IMG/VR virus record: IMGVR_UViG_3300044512_003393
Span: 1 to 27,519 of that record
Strand: one strand, 5' to 3'
Length of the DNA stretch: 27,519 nt
Origin: a virus
Taxonomy: Duplodnaviria; Caudoviricetes
Both the position numbers and the translations under genes were made by a program. This document shows positions 9,324 to 19,191 of the stretch, in pieces. Each line of letters starts with the position of its first letter. Within the stretch, counting starts at the first letter, position 1. Below the pieces are notes generated by a model. The model was not told the origin of the DNA. It saw only the letters and a list, made by a program, of their open reading frames with translations, and ran no database searches.

Positions 9324-9769
9324 TGGATGAGGATGATAAGAAAATGTCTAATGATACAATAAGTGATTCACTCGGTATGAAAACCGTAAAAGAAACAACA
9401 ATAATTGATGTAGAAAACGATCATCCATTACCAACCACTTATCGGCCATCACTACACGAAAAAGGTGGTGAGATCGATACCGACACGAAATATGTCAGAC
9501 AAAATCTTTATGATCTTATTGAGAAAGGTCATAGATCGATTGATGAACTATTAAATGTAGCAGATCAATCACAGCATCCTAGAGCATATGAAGTATTAGC
9601 CACTATGATTAAGACTATGGGAGATATGAATAAAGATCTTCTTGATATGCATGAGAAAAAACAAAAACTTACAGGCGAAAAGCCAGAAGTTCCAGAAACA
9701 GTCAATAACAATTTATATGTAGGCAGTACAAGTGATCTTCTTAAATTATTGAACAAAGATGATGAATGA
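9323..9769 (+). CDS. gp16: Terminase small subunit
   Basis: YVRQNLYDLIEKG, SQHPRAYEV, NNNLYVGSTSDLLKLL motifs. An alternative start at 9344 is possible. Confidence 0.93.
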   Translation: MDEDDKKMSNDTISDSLGMKTVKETTIIDVENDHPLPTTYRPSLHEKGGEIDTDTKYVRQNLYDLIEKGHRSIDELLNVADQSQHPRAYEVLATMIKTMGDMNKDLLDMHEKKQKLTGEKPEVPETVNNNLYVGSTSDLLKLLNKDDE

Positions 9770-11405
9770 AATTAAAGATATCGAGGATTATAGATCATAC
9801 CTCGGTAATATAAATCTAAAGCGCAAAGGAGTAACAATTGAATGGACCGAAGATATGGTCCAAGAATTTGTTAAATGCGCCCGTGATCCAATTTACTTCT
9901 CAGAAAAATACATCCAGATCGTGCACGTAGATCACGGTCTTATACCTATTGTATGCTACGATTATCAAAAGGAAATAATTGAAAAAACAACAAATAACAG
10001 AAGAGTTTGCGTCGTTACCTCACGTCAGGCGGGTAAAACTACTACTGCTGTATGCCTTATCTTGCACTATATACTCTTTAACGATCACAAGCTTGTTGCT
10101 CTTCTTGCTAACAAAGGAGATGCAGCAAGAGAAATACTTGATAGAATCAAAACAGCATATGAAGCACTTCCAAAATGGCTTCAACAAGGCGTTATCGAAT
10201 GGAACAAAGGATCAGTAGAGTTCGAAAATGGATCAAAAATTATCGCTGCAGCAACATCAAGTTCTGCTATTCGTGGTAAATCTGTATCTTTTCTATACAT
10301 TGATGAAACTGCATTCGTGGAAAATTGGGACGAGTTCTTCGCGTCGGTCTTTCCTACTATTTCATCTGGTACATCGACTAAGATACTTCTTACCTCAACT
10401 CCTAATGGCTTGAATCACTTCTATAAAACATGTGAAGGAGCAAAAGCAGGAAAGAATGGTTATGAATTCGTTCAGGTTATGTGGACAGATGTTCCGGGCC
10501 GCGACGAAAAATGGAAAGAAGAAACACTCGCTGCAATGGACTTCGATACAGAGAAGTTTGCACAGGAAATGGAATGTGAATTTCTTGGATCATCTGGTAC
10601 TCTTATTGCTGGCTGGAAGCTTAAACAGCTTGTATATAAAGAAGCAATAAAAGAGGTTGGTGGTATTACTGTATATGAACAGCCAAAACCAGAAGGTAAT
10701 TATGTTATTGTTGTTGATGTGAGTCGAGGTAAGGGTCTCGATTATTCGGCATTTCAAGTTATAGATATATCACAAATGCCGTATGTACAAGTAGGTATGT
10801 ATAGAAATAATATGATAACACCAATAGATTATGCATCAGCAGTTCATGCAGCTGCAAAATATTATAACGAAGCCAACATTCTTGTTGAAGTCAATGATAT
10901 TGGTGAACAAGTGGCATCTATATTATTTGAAGAATATGAATATGAAAATATGTTGCTTACCGAAAATAATGGCCGAGAAGGAAAAAGACTTTTGTCTGGT
11001 GTTGCAGGATTTTCAGGTAAAGCAGATAAAGGTATAAGGACAACCAAATCAGTTAAATCTATTGGCTGTTCAATGATAAAACTACTGGTTGAACAAAATC
11101 AATTGATTGTAAACGATTTCGAAACAATTAGAGAATTTTCTACGTTCAGTCAAAAAGGTACATCTTACGAAGCCGAGCAAGGCAATCATGACGATTTAGT
11201 TATGTGTCTGGTTCTATTCGGATGGTTATCAAATCAAAGATTTTTCAAAGAATTGACAGATATAAATACCGTTATAAATTTGAGAGAGATGAACGAAGAA
11301 CAAGCATTTAGTGAGCTAATTCCGTTCGGGATAATTGATGACGGCCACGATACACATGAAGAGAAACCATTGATGGCAGTCTCCGATGATAAGTGGTTAT
11401 TTTAA
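9759..11405 (+). CDS. gp17: Terminase large subunit
   Basis: Walker A SRQAGKTT, Walker B FLYIDETAF, motif III TSTPNG, nuclease motifs VDVSRGKGLDYSA and HDDLVM. Confidence 0.98.
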   Translation: MMNEIKDIEDYRSYLGNINLKRKGVTIEWTEDMVQEFVKCARDPIYFSEKYIQIVHVDHGLIPIVCYDYQKEIIEKTTNNRRVCVVTSRQAGKTTTAVCLILHYILFNDHKLVALLANKGDAAREILDRIKTAYEALPKWLQQGVIEWNKGSVEFENGSKIIAAATSSSAIRGKSVSFLYIDETAFVENWDEFFASVFPTISSGTSTKILLTSTPNGLNHFYKTCEGAKAGKNGYEFVQVMWTDVPGRDEKWKEETLAAMDFDTEKFAQEMECEFLGSSGTLIAGWKLKQLVYKEAIKEVGGITVYEQPKPEGNYVIVVDVSRGKGLDYSAFQVIDISQMPYVQVGMYRNNMITPIDYASAVHAAAKYYNEANILVEVNDIGEQVASILFEEYEYENMLLTENNGREGKRLLSGVAGFSGKADKGIRTTKSVKSIGCSMIKLLVEQNQLIVNDFETIREFSTFSQKGTSYEAEQGNHDDLVMCLVLFGWLSNQRFFKELTDINTVINLREMNEEQAFSELIPFGIIDDGHDTHEEKPLMAVSDDKWLF

Positions 11406-11418
11406 AAATGCATGAAAT

Positions 11419-11426
11419 TATAAATA
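11419..11426 (+). promoter_or_regulatory. T4-type late promoter for gp18
   Basis: Intergenic TATAAATA. A second copy lies at 11261-11268 in the 3' end of gp17. Confidence 0.85.
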
Positions 11427-11464
11427 AAATCTAGTATATGTATTAACTCATAGGGAGAACAAAT

Positions 11465-14020
11465 ATGCCTTTTCAATTAAGCCCGGGCGTTAATGTATCA
11501 GAAATCGACCTAACTACAATTGTCCCAGCAGTCGCAACCACAGACGCAGCTGCAGCTGGTGTTTTCCAGTGGGGCCCAGTAGGTAAAGCCACATTAGTTG
11601 TTTCTGAAGACGAGCTCGTAAAAGAATATGGTAAGCCAAATAGCGATAACTTTGAGACATGGTTCTCAGCTTCAAACTTTTTGGCATATTCTAACAGATT
11701 ATATGTATCAAGAGCAGGTTACACCGAAGGAACAGATGTTGTATTAGCACCGTATGTTTATGACGGTGGTAACTATCTTGTAATTACTGGTAATACTGCA
11801 ACAGGTGTGCAGACTGGATTCGATGCAGTTGAATCTTCAGTTATTCCAGCAGATACATCAGTCACTGCAGTGTCCACGGCTCAAGTTGACGTATCAGTTG
11901 GATTTGCAACTGACGTTGATACAGGCAATAATACTATTGATGTTGCACTTGGTACCGACCTTGTAGAAGGCGAAAGAGTTCAACTTATTCGAGATGGCGG
12001 AACTGGTACATTGCCATCACCATTCGCTGAAGGTACGGATTACTACGTTTTCAATGTAACTGCTAACGCTTTCCAACTTTCTACTGATCAATTTGGCGGT
12101 ACTGCTGTCACAATCGGTGATACTGGTGATACTGATTTTGTGGTCCGTCGATCTGGTGATACTCGAATCACTTTAAATAATAATGTAAACGGCCCAGGCG
12201 GTGATAATGGCATTGTTTCTGTTGAAATCTACGACGAGGATTTTACATTCAATGCTATTGCAAATACTGCGGCTCTCGGCACAGACTCTACACTCGCTAA
12301 TCATATCGTAAAGAATGATGATGCATATGACGATGCGTCTCAAAACTTTGATTCGGCCGTGCAATATGTTGCTAAGTACCCAGGCGCCCTCGGAAATTCA
12401 TTGCAAATTTCTGTATGCGATAGCGCTGCAGCTTTCGAAAGCGAAATTACTATTCCATCTACACAAGCCGCAAACGCTTCAGTCGCCGTTGCAACTACTT
12501 TGACACTTAATGTAGGCGAAAGAATTGCTACTCTTACTACTGACTCTGGTCAGAACGAAGATTTAGATGCAGTCACAGATGATTTTGCAGTCGGCGATCT
12601 TCTAAAGTTTGGTAACTCATCTGTCGGTTTCCAGTGGCTTGAAGTTGAAGCTATCGGCGCCGGTGACGGTACATCAAAGACAATTACATTCACTGATAAT
12701 CTTGCTATTTCAGAAAATATAGATCTGGAAAGTGGTGATACATTCGATAGATTCTGGAAGTACTATGATCTAGTACAAAAAGCACCGGGTCAATCACAGT
12801 TTGTAGCTGAGCAAGGTAATACTTCAGCGAATGATGAAATGCATATTGTAGTAATTGACGAAGATGGTAAGATTTCTGGTGTTCCTAACACCGTTTTGGA
12901 AGTTTTCCAAGAAGTGTCAAGAGCAACCGACGCAAAAGGAATCGATGGAGAAATTATTTATTATAAAGAAGTACTTAATCAGTCATCACGATATGTTTGG
13001 GCTGGTAGTGATCGATCAGGTTCAGCTACAACAACAGCTGCATTGATATCAACTTCAACTGCTACTACACCAGAAACCTTGAGCTTCGGTTCAGGTACTG
13101 ATGTAAATGGTGGTGAGGGTGCTTGTACTCTTGGACAGATTCTTCGATCATACGACGTATTTAGATCTTCTGAAGACTATGATATCTCGTTGGTTGTTAG
13201 TGGCAAAGCCCGCGGCGGAGCAAACGGAACACAGATTGCAAACTACATCATCGATAATATCTGTGAGCGTAGAAAAGATTGTGTATCATTCGTTTCTCCT
13301 GCTAAACAGGATGTTGTCAATAACTTCAGCGATATTTCAGAAGATGTTATTGCATTCCGTAATTCGATGAGATCAACATCATATGCTGTCATGGATTCTG
13401 GTTACAAGTATCAATATGACAAGTTCAATGATGTGTATCGATGGATTCCATTGAATGGTGATATCGCCGGTCTCTGTGCGCGCACAGACGATCTTAGAGA
13501 TGCATGGTGGTCACCAGCAGGATTTAATCGAGGCAACATTAAGAATGTTATTAAGCTTTCTTGGAATCCTAAGAAGGGAGAGCGAGACGTTCTGTATGCA
13601 AATGGAATTAACCCAGTAGTTAATTTCCCGGGTCAAGGCATTGTCCTCTTCGGTGATAAGACTCTGCTTTCTAAGCCGTCTGCCTTCGATCGAATTAATG
13701 TACGAAGATTGTTCATTGTTTTGGAAAAAGCTATCGCGGCTGCTTCTCAATCGACACTGTTTGAATTCAACGATGAATTTACTAGATCTACATTCGTAAA
13801 TCTTGTAACACCATTCTTGAGAGATGTACAGGCTCGAAGAGGCATTACAGATTTCGCAGTTGTTTGTGACGAAACAAATAATACGGGTGAAGTTATCGAT
13901 CGCAACGAGTTTGTTGGCGACATTTATGTCAAACCAGCAAGAGCGATCAACTTTATTCAGTTGAATTTCGTCGCGGTAAGATCTGGCGTAGAATTCTCCG
14001 AAGTTGTTGGGAATTTCTAA
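11465..14020 (+). CDS. gp18: Tail sheath protein (851 aa, with insertions)
   Basis: MPFQLSPGVNVSEIDLT, FQWGP, YPGALGN, WWSPAGFNRG, FDRINVRRLF, KPARAINFIQLNFVA motifs. Confidence 0.98.
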   Translation: MPFQLSPGVNVSEIDLTTIVPAVATTDAAAAGVFQWGPVGKATLVVSEDELVKEYGKPNSDNFETWFSASNFLAYSNRLYVSRAGYTEGTDVVLAPYVYDGGNYLVITGNTATGVQTGFDAVESSVIPADTSVTAVSTAQVDVSVGFATDVDTGNNTIDVALGTDLVEGERVQLIRDGGTGTLPSPFAEGTDYYVFNVTANAFQLSTDQFGGTAVTIGDTGDTDFVVRRSGDTRITLNNNVNGPGGDNGIVSVEIYDEDFTFNAIANTAALGTDSTLANHIVKNDDAYDDASQNFDSAVQYVAKYPGALGNSLQISVCDSAAAFESEITIPSTQAANASVAVATTLTLNVGERIATLTTDSGQNEDLDAVTDDFAVGDLLKFGNSSVGFQWLEVEAIGAGDGTSKTITFTDNLAISENIDLESGDTFDRFWKYYDLVQKAPGQSQFVAEQGNTSANDEMHIVVIDEDGKISGVPNTVLEVFQEVSRATDAKGIDGEIIYYKEVLNQSSRYVWAGSDRSGSATTTAALISTSTATTPETLSFGSGTDVNGGEGACTLGQILRSYDVFRSSEDYDISLVVSGKARGGANGTQIANYIIDNICERRKDCVSFVSPAKQDVVNNFSDISEDVIAFRNSMRSTSYAVMDSGYKYQYDKFNDVYRWIPLNGDIAGLCARTDDLRDAWWSPAGFNRGNIKNVIKLSWNPKKGERDVLYANGINPVVNFPGQGIVLFGDKTLLSKPSAFDRINVRRLFIVLEKAIAAASQSTLFEFNDEFTRSTFVNLVTPFLRDVQARRGITDFAVVCDETNNTGEVIDRNEFVGDIYVKPARAINFIQLNFVAVRSGVEFSEVVGNF

Positions 14021-14026
14021 TAAATA
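14019..14026 (+). promoter_or_regulatory. Late promoter variant for gp19
   Basis: AATAAATA overlapping the gp18 stop codon, about 30 nt upstream of the gp19 ATG (SD AGGAG). Confidence 0.6.
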
Positions 14027-14054
14027 GACAAAATAATAAAATAGGAGAAATCTA

Positions 14055-14567
14055 ATGCCATTTAATATAGATACTTTTCGCAGAAATGCTCTTAGTCAGG
14101 GTGGGTATCGTCCCGCCCTCTTTGAAGTTCAAGTAGAGCGACTAGGTGAAGAGTTTAATTGGCTTTGCATGTCATCACAGGTACCAGCATATACTACTGG
14201 AATTATTGAGGTACCATATTTTGGTCGTAAGATCAAGGTCGCTGGTGATCGAACATATGCAGAGTGGACAACCACGGTAATGATTGAAGAAGATTTTAGT
14301 CAGCGCCGAGTACTCGAGCAATGGGCGAAAGATATTAATGATGAAGTTACAAATGAGCGTGCATATTCCAGCCCAGAAAATTATAAAGCTACAGGCACTG
14401 TAACACTTTATAAGAAGCAAGGTAACAAAGCTCAAACGTATTCACTAAATGGTTGTTGGCCAGTAGATATCGGTACGATTGAATTGGATTGGAATACAAC
14501 TGATACAATCGGTACTTATACAGTTACTTGGGCATTCGACTACTTTGGCCCTGGTACGCCCGAGTAA
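14055..14567 (+). CDS. gp19: Tail tube protein
   Basis: GGYRPALFEV, IEVPYFGRKIKVAGDRTYAEWTTTV, WPVDIGTIELDW motifs. Confidence 0.96.
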   Translation: MPFNIDTFRRNALSQGGYRPALFEVQVERLGEEFNWLCMSSQVPAYTTGIIEVPYFGRKIKVAGDRTYAEWTTTVMIEEDFSQRRVLEQWAKDINDEVTNERAYSSPENYKATGTVTLYKKQGNKAQTYSLNGCWPVDIGTIELDWNTTDTIGTYTVTWAFDYFGPGTPE

Positions 14568-14595
14568 AATTAAACTTTAAATCTAGCTAGATCTG

Positions 14596-14629
14596 AAGGG
14601 ATTATAAATAACTTTATAGTCCCTTTTTT
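14596..14629 (+). terminator. Intrinsic terminator after gp19 with an embedded late promoter
   Basis: AAGGGATTATAAA-taac-TTTATAGTCCCTT followed by TTTT; 13-bp stem with one G-U pair. Confidence 0.8.
14603..14610 (+). promoter_or_regulatory. T4-type late promoter for gp20
   Basis: TATAAATA within the 5' arm and loop of the hairpin, about 35 nt upstream of the ATG at 14645. Confidence 0.82.
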
Positions 14630-14644
14630 CTATTTGGAGCAGTG

Positions 14645-16360
14645 ATGGAACTTTTTGGCTTTAGTATAAATCGAAAGAAAGAAGAAAAACAGCAAGAAAA
14701 GCTGGTTTCTTTCGTACCTCCTACAAACGATGATGGAGCAATGACCGTCACATCTGGCGGCATTTACGGCACATACGTAGATCTCGATGGTTCAGTTCGA
14801 ACGGAAGCTGAGCTGGTCAACAAGTATCGTGCAACCTCGATGGATCCTGTTATTGACCTTGCCATTCAAGATATTTGTAACGAAGCAATTGTAGAAGATT
14901 CAGACGAAGATACAGTTTCTGTAGTTCTCGATAATATTGATCAACCTGATTCTATTAAGAAAGCAATTCAAGAAGAATTTACAAACATATTAGGTTTGTT
15001 AGAATTTAATAGAATGAGTTATGAAATATTTAAGAGATGGTATATCGACGGTCGACTGTATTATCACGCAGTGGTAGATGAGAAAAAACCACAGAATGGT
15101 ATTGTTGAAATGCGATATATTGATCCACGCAATATCAAAAAGATCAGAGAAATTAAGAAAGAAAAAGATCCAAAGACTGGAGCTACAATAGAAAAAATTG
15201 TAAACGAATATTACATGTACAGCCCCATGGGTTTTCTTAAAAAGTCTAATACAGTTACTGGTAGTATTACGAATGCGTATGGTGGTGGTTCTGGTGCTGC
15301 TGATGCGCAAGGAGTAAAGATAGCTAGGGATTCTATTGTATACTGCACGAGTGGCTATCAAAACATTGACAACAAACTTATTCTGTCTTATTTACAAAAA
15401 GCCATCCGGCCGCTCAATCAACTTCGATCCATGGAAGATTCGTTGGTTATCTATCGTATCTCGCGAGCACCAGAGCGTAGAATATTCTATGTCGATGTAG
15501 GCGGTTTGCCAAAAGCAAAAGCAGAACAATATCTCTCTGATATCATGACAAAGTTTAAAAATAAAGTAGTGTATGATTCTGCTACTGGTGAAATTAGAGA
15601 CGATCGAAAGTTTATGACAATGCTTGAAGATTTCTGGCTACCACGACGTGAAGGTGGTAAAGGCACAGAGATTACAACATTGCCCGGCGGCCAAAATCTT
15701 GGTGAGATTGAAGACGTAGTATATTTCCAGAATAAATTATATCAAGCATTGAATGTACCTATCTCACGACTTAATCCTGAATCCACATATACACTTGGTA
15801 GAGCTACAGAAATTTCTCGTGAAGAAGTAAAGTTTTCGAAGTTTATTACAAGATTACGTAATAAATTCTCCGAACTATTCTTAAAAATGATGGAGCGCCA
15901 ACTTATTCTAAAGCAGATTTGTACTGTTGAAGAATGGAAAGAATGGCGAGATAAAATTGATTTTAAATTTGCCGTTGATAACTATTACGATGAATTAAAG
16001 AATATGGAAATGAATCGTGATAGACTTGGTTTATTGCGTGACATGGATGAATATATTGGTAAATATTATTCACATGAATATATACGTCGTTGGATTCTAC
16101 AACAATCTGAAGAGAATATTGAAGAGATTGATAAGCAAATAGTAGAAGAGCAAAAGAATCCACAATATAATCCGGATTTTGAAGAACCTGAACAAGAAGA
16201 ACCTGAACAAGAAGAAGCACCTCCGCCGGCCGCCGAACCACAAGCTGTAAATATTAATGTAACAACAGATGGGAAAAAGGCCGAAGCAAAGAAAGAGGAG
16301 TTCGATCAGTTACAAAACAATCTAATTGAAAGCATGACACGATATTTGAATGATGAATAA
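14645..16360 (+). CDS. gp20: Portal protein
   Basis: RWYIDGRLYYH, YRISRAPERRIFYVDVG, MLEDFWLPRREGGKGTEITTLPGGQNLG motifs. ATG 14645 is preferred over GTG 14642 on spacing from SD GGAG. Confidence 0.98.
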   Translation: MELFGFSINRKKEEKQQEKLVSFVPPTNDDGAMTVTSGGIYGTYVDLDGSVRTEAELVNKYRATSMDPVIDLAIQDICNEAIVEDSDEDTVSVVLDNIDQPDSIKKAIQEEFTNILGLLEFNRMSYEIFKRWYIDGRLYYHAVVDEKKPQNGIVEMRYIDPRNIKKIREIKKEKDPKTGATIEKIVNEYYMYSPMGFLKKSNTVTGSITNAYGGGSGAADAQGVKIARDSIVYCTSGYQNIDNKLILSYLQKAIRPLNQLRSMEDSLVIYRISRAPERRIFYVDVGGLPKAKAEQYLSDIMTKFKNKVVYDSATGEIRDDRKFMTMLEDFWLPRREGGKGTEITTLPGGQNLGEIEDVVYFQNKLYQALNVPISRLNPESTYTLGRATEISREEVKFSKFITRLRNKFSELFLKMMERQLILKQICTVEEWKEWRDKIDFKFAVDNYYDELKNMEMNRDRLGLLRDMDEYIGKYYSHEYIRRWILQQSEENIEEIDKQIVEEQKNPQYNPDFEEPEQEEPEQEEAPPPAAEPQAVNINVTTDGKKAEAKKEEFDQLQNNLIESMTRYLNDE

Positions 16361-17492
16361 AATAGATCCGATTGTTACTTCATTCGCTGTTGCTGCTGCA
16401 AAGAAAGAAGCGAAGAAAGTAGAAGATAAATTATTTAATGTCTTTGAAGATCTACAAAGTCTTCAAGGTCCTATGGGTTATGAAGGACCAAAAGGTCCGA
16501 TAGGAGAACAAGGACCGATCGGCCCGCAAGGTATGATAGGTCCTCGTGGTGAGAAAGGAGAAAAAGGTGAGCAAGGCGAGAAAGGTGACAAGGGCGAGCA
16601 GGGTGAACAAGGCATCCAAGGCATCCAAGGAGACACCGGCGAGAAGGGCGAGACAGGCCTACGTGGCGAAAAAGGAGACACCGGAGAAGTTGGGCCTATG
16701 GGACCGACTGGTGAAATGGGTCCACAAGGTGAACGGGGAGAGCAAGGCCTTCGAGGAGCTGATGGGGAGAGTGGTCCTCAGGGAGAGCGAGGCGAAACTG
16801 GAGCCAAAGGTGATGTCGGACCAGCAGGACCTCAAGGAGAAAAAGGCGATAAAGGCGATCAGGGAGAGAAAGGTGAGAAAGGTGACACCGGTGAAGCAGG
16901 CCAGTCGGTCGACAAAAAAGAAATAGAAGAACAAATTAATTCTCTCTTCGAGGATGCTAAAACATATCTCGACTCACAACAAAAACAATTACAAGAAAGT
17001 TTAGACGCTACACAGTTACAAGATCTTACCGAGTTTAAATCTAAACTAACAAAAGAAGTATCAGATACTATTGAAAAACATAAGAAGTTTATTGATAGTC
17101 AAATATCTTCTAAGTGGGCATCATCTGCTGGTGGTGGTTCGGTAAATATATTACAGATGGATGATGTTAAATTCGAGAAACGCCATGAAGTCGAAGGCGA
17201 TGCTATTTTGATCTTCGATGCTACGACACAAAAGTTTCAATCTGAATCATTCAACGATATCATAGAAAGGTTACAGGTAGGCATGGAAAAACAATACGAT
17301 AGACTCGTTGATACCGATGGCAATTTTATATACATTGGTGAAGCAGACCCGGGTACAGCACGTGATGCAGCTGGCTGGCGAATTAAGCGTGTCTATGAAT
17401 TAGCCGGTGATGATGTAGAAATTATATGGGCAAATAATACTGCCAATACTGAACTGATCTGGGATGATCGAGCAACGTACGAGTATAACTAA
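16350..17492 (+). CDS. Collagen-like fibre protein (380 aa)
   Basis: 49 uninterrupted Gly-X-Y triplets, then a predicted helical segment, a [13 protein letters not shown] linker and a C-terminal YIGEA.PG...WRIKR...WDDR domain. Confidence 0.9.
   Translation: MMNKIDPIVTSFAVAAAKKEAKKVEDKLFNVFEDLQSLQGPMGYEGPKGPIGEQGPIGPQGMIGPRGEKGEKGEQGEKGDKGEQGEQGIQGIQGDTGEKGETGLRGEKGDTGEVGPMGPTGEMGPQGERGEQGLRGADGESGPQGERGETGAKGDVGPAGPQGEKGDKGDQGEKGEKGDTGEAGQSVDKKEIEEQINSLFEDAKTYLDSQQKQLQESLDATQLQDLTEFKSKLTKEVSDTIEKHKKFIDSQISSKWASSAGGGSVNILQMDDVKFEKRHEVEGDAILIFDATTQKFQSESFNDIIERLQVGMEKQYDRLVDTDGNFIYIGEADPGTARDAAGWRIKRVYELAGDDVEIIWANNTANTELIWDDRATYEYN
16467..16907 (+). repeat. Collagen (Gly-X-Y)49 repeat
   Basis: Counted by hand from GPM to GQS. 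Confidence 0.95.
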
Positions 17493-19138
17493 TGGCATTA
17501 CCTACTCTCACAAATGCACCAACGCTTATCGATGCTGCTGATGCAACCACTAACTGGACCGGCTCATCTCTTACCGCAGGCGGCGCAGGTGATATTACTA
17601 TCGATGGTAATGGTTCTATTGCGGCTATTTGTCGTGCTAACAACTCTGAATTAGCTACAAGTGGATGGACAGGTTTTACTGCATCAACAGCAGGACATTT
17701 ACGAGGATGGTTTCAGTTCTTCTCTCTTGGTAACCTAGATTATTTTGATTTAGGATTAAATAGCGCAGCTGCTACATTTCAGTTATTCTCTGGTCCTGTT
17801 GCACAATATACTGGTGGATTAACACTGAAAGATACAACATTCGGTGGTTGGTTCTACGTACTTATTGATTTATCAGGAACACCAGACACAGGTACAATCC
17901 CAACAACAATCACTTCGATTGAATATATTTTTAGAAGAGATTCACAGCCTCGAAACGCTCTTAATACCTTTGCTGATGCATTACATTACGGAGATGGATA
18001 TACTGTAACAGGTGGAACATCAGCCGATCCAGTTACTTTTCTTACTATTGCAGAACAAGATATTACAGACGGTGCATACGGCATCGTACAAACTGTAAAA
18101 GATACTGTTTACTGTTTTGGTGCAGTCACAATTGGAAATGGGGCAACAGCAACATACCTTGAAGTAAAAACGACTGCGATTCTTTTTGATACACAAAGAT
18201 TAGCTGCAGCTGATCTTTATAATATCACCGCAACCGGTTCAGGTTGTACTTTTGATATGCAAAATTCACTGATTCGCGGAAACTCAGGTGATATTGGTTC
18301 AGAAACTTTTGCATTTGATGTACAGAATGTCGGCACACTTATTTTCGATACAAATACATTAGTACGAGCCAGTCCAGTTACATTTGGTTCTGGACAAACT
18401 GCCAATTCATCTACATTTGATGTGTGCGGTACTGTTACTACAAACGGTGCTACTATAAATAGAAGCGCATTCATTGAAACAATTGCAACCCACGCAATTG
18501 CTGCAACATCAACAACTGCAAATAATATTAATGCTTGTACATTTACTGGTGATAATACGAGTCATGCAGTACAATTAACAGATACTATCAATACCGACAC
18601 AACTATTCGTTGGAATAGTACATATGATGAGACAACATACGCGAATACAAATGCAACTGGAATTGGTTCAGCTGGTGACTCAGAAGTATTACTTGTAAAT
18701 GTAAATACTGGATCCACATTAACGATTAGTGTAGAAGATGGTGTTGCATCACCAACATATCGAAATGAAGGTGGTGGTACAGTATTAGTACAGACACTTG
18801 TCAATTTTGATATTTCTAATATTGAAGCCGGTACGGAAATAAGATTATATAAACAGACTGCTCCAGCAACTTTAGGTTTAGGTGGTTGTGAAGATGTTTC
18901 AAACACATCATCATATGATACTGGATTTAGTCAAATCGGTGGCCCAGGTGTTAATAGTGATCCTAAATATAGTATTCGTTATCAATATAATTTTGCAGAT
19001 TTTGGTTCTAACACACCCATATGGGTGGTAGTACAGGGTTTAGGGTTTCAATATTTAAGATTGGCATCTACATTGACAGCTAGTGATAGTTCATTGCAAA
19101 TAAATCAAGTAATTGATAGAAATTATAGTAATCCATAA
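17492..19138 (+). CDS. Putative virion appendage protein (548 aa), beta-rich, possible beta-helix core
   Basis: TAATG-coupled to the collagen gene. Thr/Gly/Asn-rich with STFDVCG / SAFIE / CTFTG strand repeats. Ends DRNYSNP. Confidence 0.7.
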   Translation: MALPTLTNAPTLIDAADATTNWTGSSLTAGGAGDITIDGNGSIAAICRANNSELATSGWTGFTASTAGHLRGWFQFFSLGNLDYFDLGLNSAAATFQLFSGPVAQYTGGLTLKDTTFGGWFYVLIDLSGTPDTGTIPTTITSIEYIFRRDSQPRNALNTFADALHYGDGYTVTGGTSADPVTFLTIAEQDITDGAYGIVQTVKDTVYCFGAVTIGNGATATYLEVKTTAILFDTQRLAAADLYNITATGSGCTFDMQNSLIRGNSGDIGSETFAFDVQNVGTLIFDTNTLVRASPVTFGSGQTANSSTFDVCGTVTTNGATINRSAFIETIATHAIAATSTTANNINACTFTGDNTSHAVQLTDTINTDTTIRWNSTYDETTYANTNATGIGSAGDSEVLLVNVNTGSTLTISVEDGVASPTYRNEGGGTVLVQTLVNFDISNIEAGTEIRLYKQTAPATLGLGGCEDVSNTSSYDTGFSQIGGPGVNSDPKYSIRYQYNFADFGSNTPIWVVVQGLGFQYLRLASTLTASDSSLQINQVIDRNYSNP

Positions 19139-19149
19139 ACTTGTTTTTT

Positions 19150-19157
19150 CATAAATA
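19150..19157 (+). promoter_or_regulatory. Late promoter variant for the 744-aa gene
   Basis: Intergenic CATAAATA about 35 nt upstream of the ATG at 19192 (SD AGAGG). Confidence 0.65.
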
Positions 19158-19191
19158 ATAAAAATAATAACTCCAACAGAGGAAAAAATCG

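Noticed and set aside
9323-9769. pac-site repeats in gp16
   Set aside because: No convincing direct repeat was seen by eye.
9759-16360. Introns, inteins or homing endonucleases in gp17, gp18 or gp20
   Set aside because: The ORFs are continuous. No intein splice-junction, LAGLIDADG, HNH or GIY-YIG motifs were seen. The extra gp18 length is structural-type sequence.
16467-16907. GC- and purine-rich island suggesting horizontal transfer
   Set aside because: Explained by Gly/Pro/Glu/Lys codons of the collagen repeat.
18454-18461. Intragenic TATAAATA (also at 1207 and 11261)
   Set aside because: About two chance hits per strand are expected at this AT content. Not listed as separate promoters, although each lies upstream of a putatively abundant gene.
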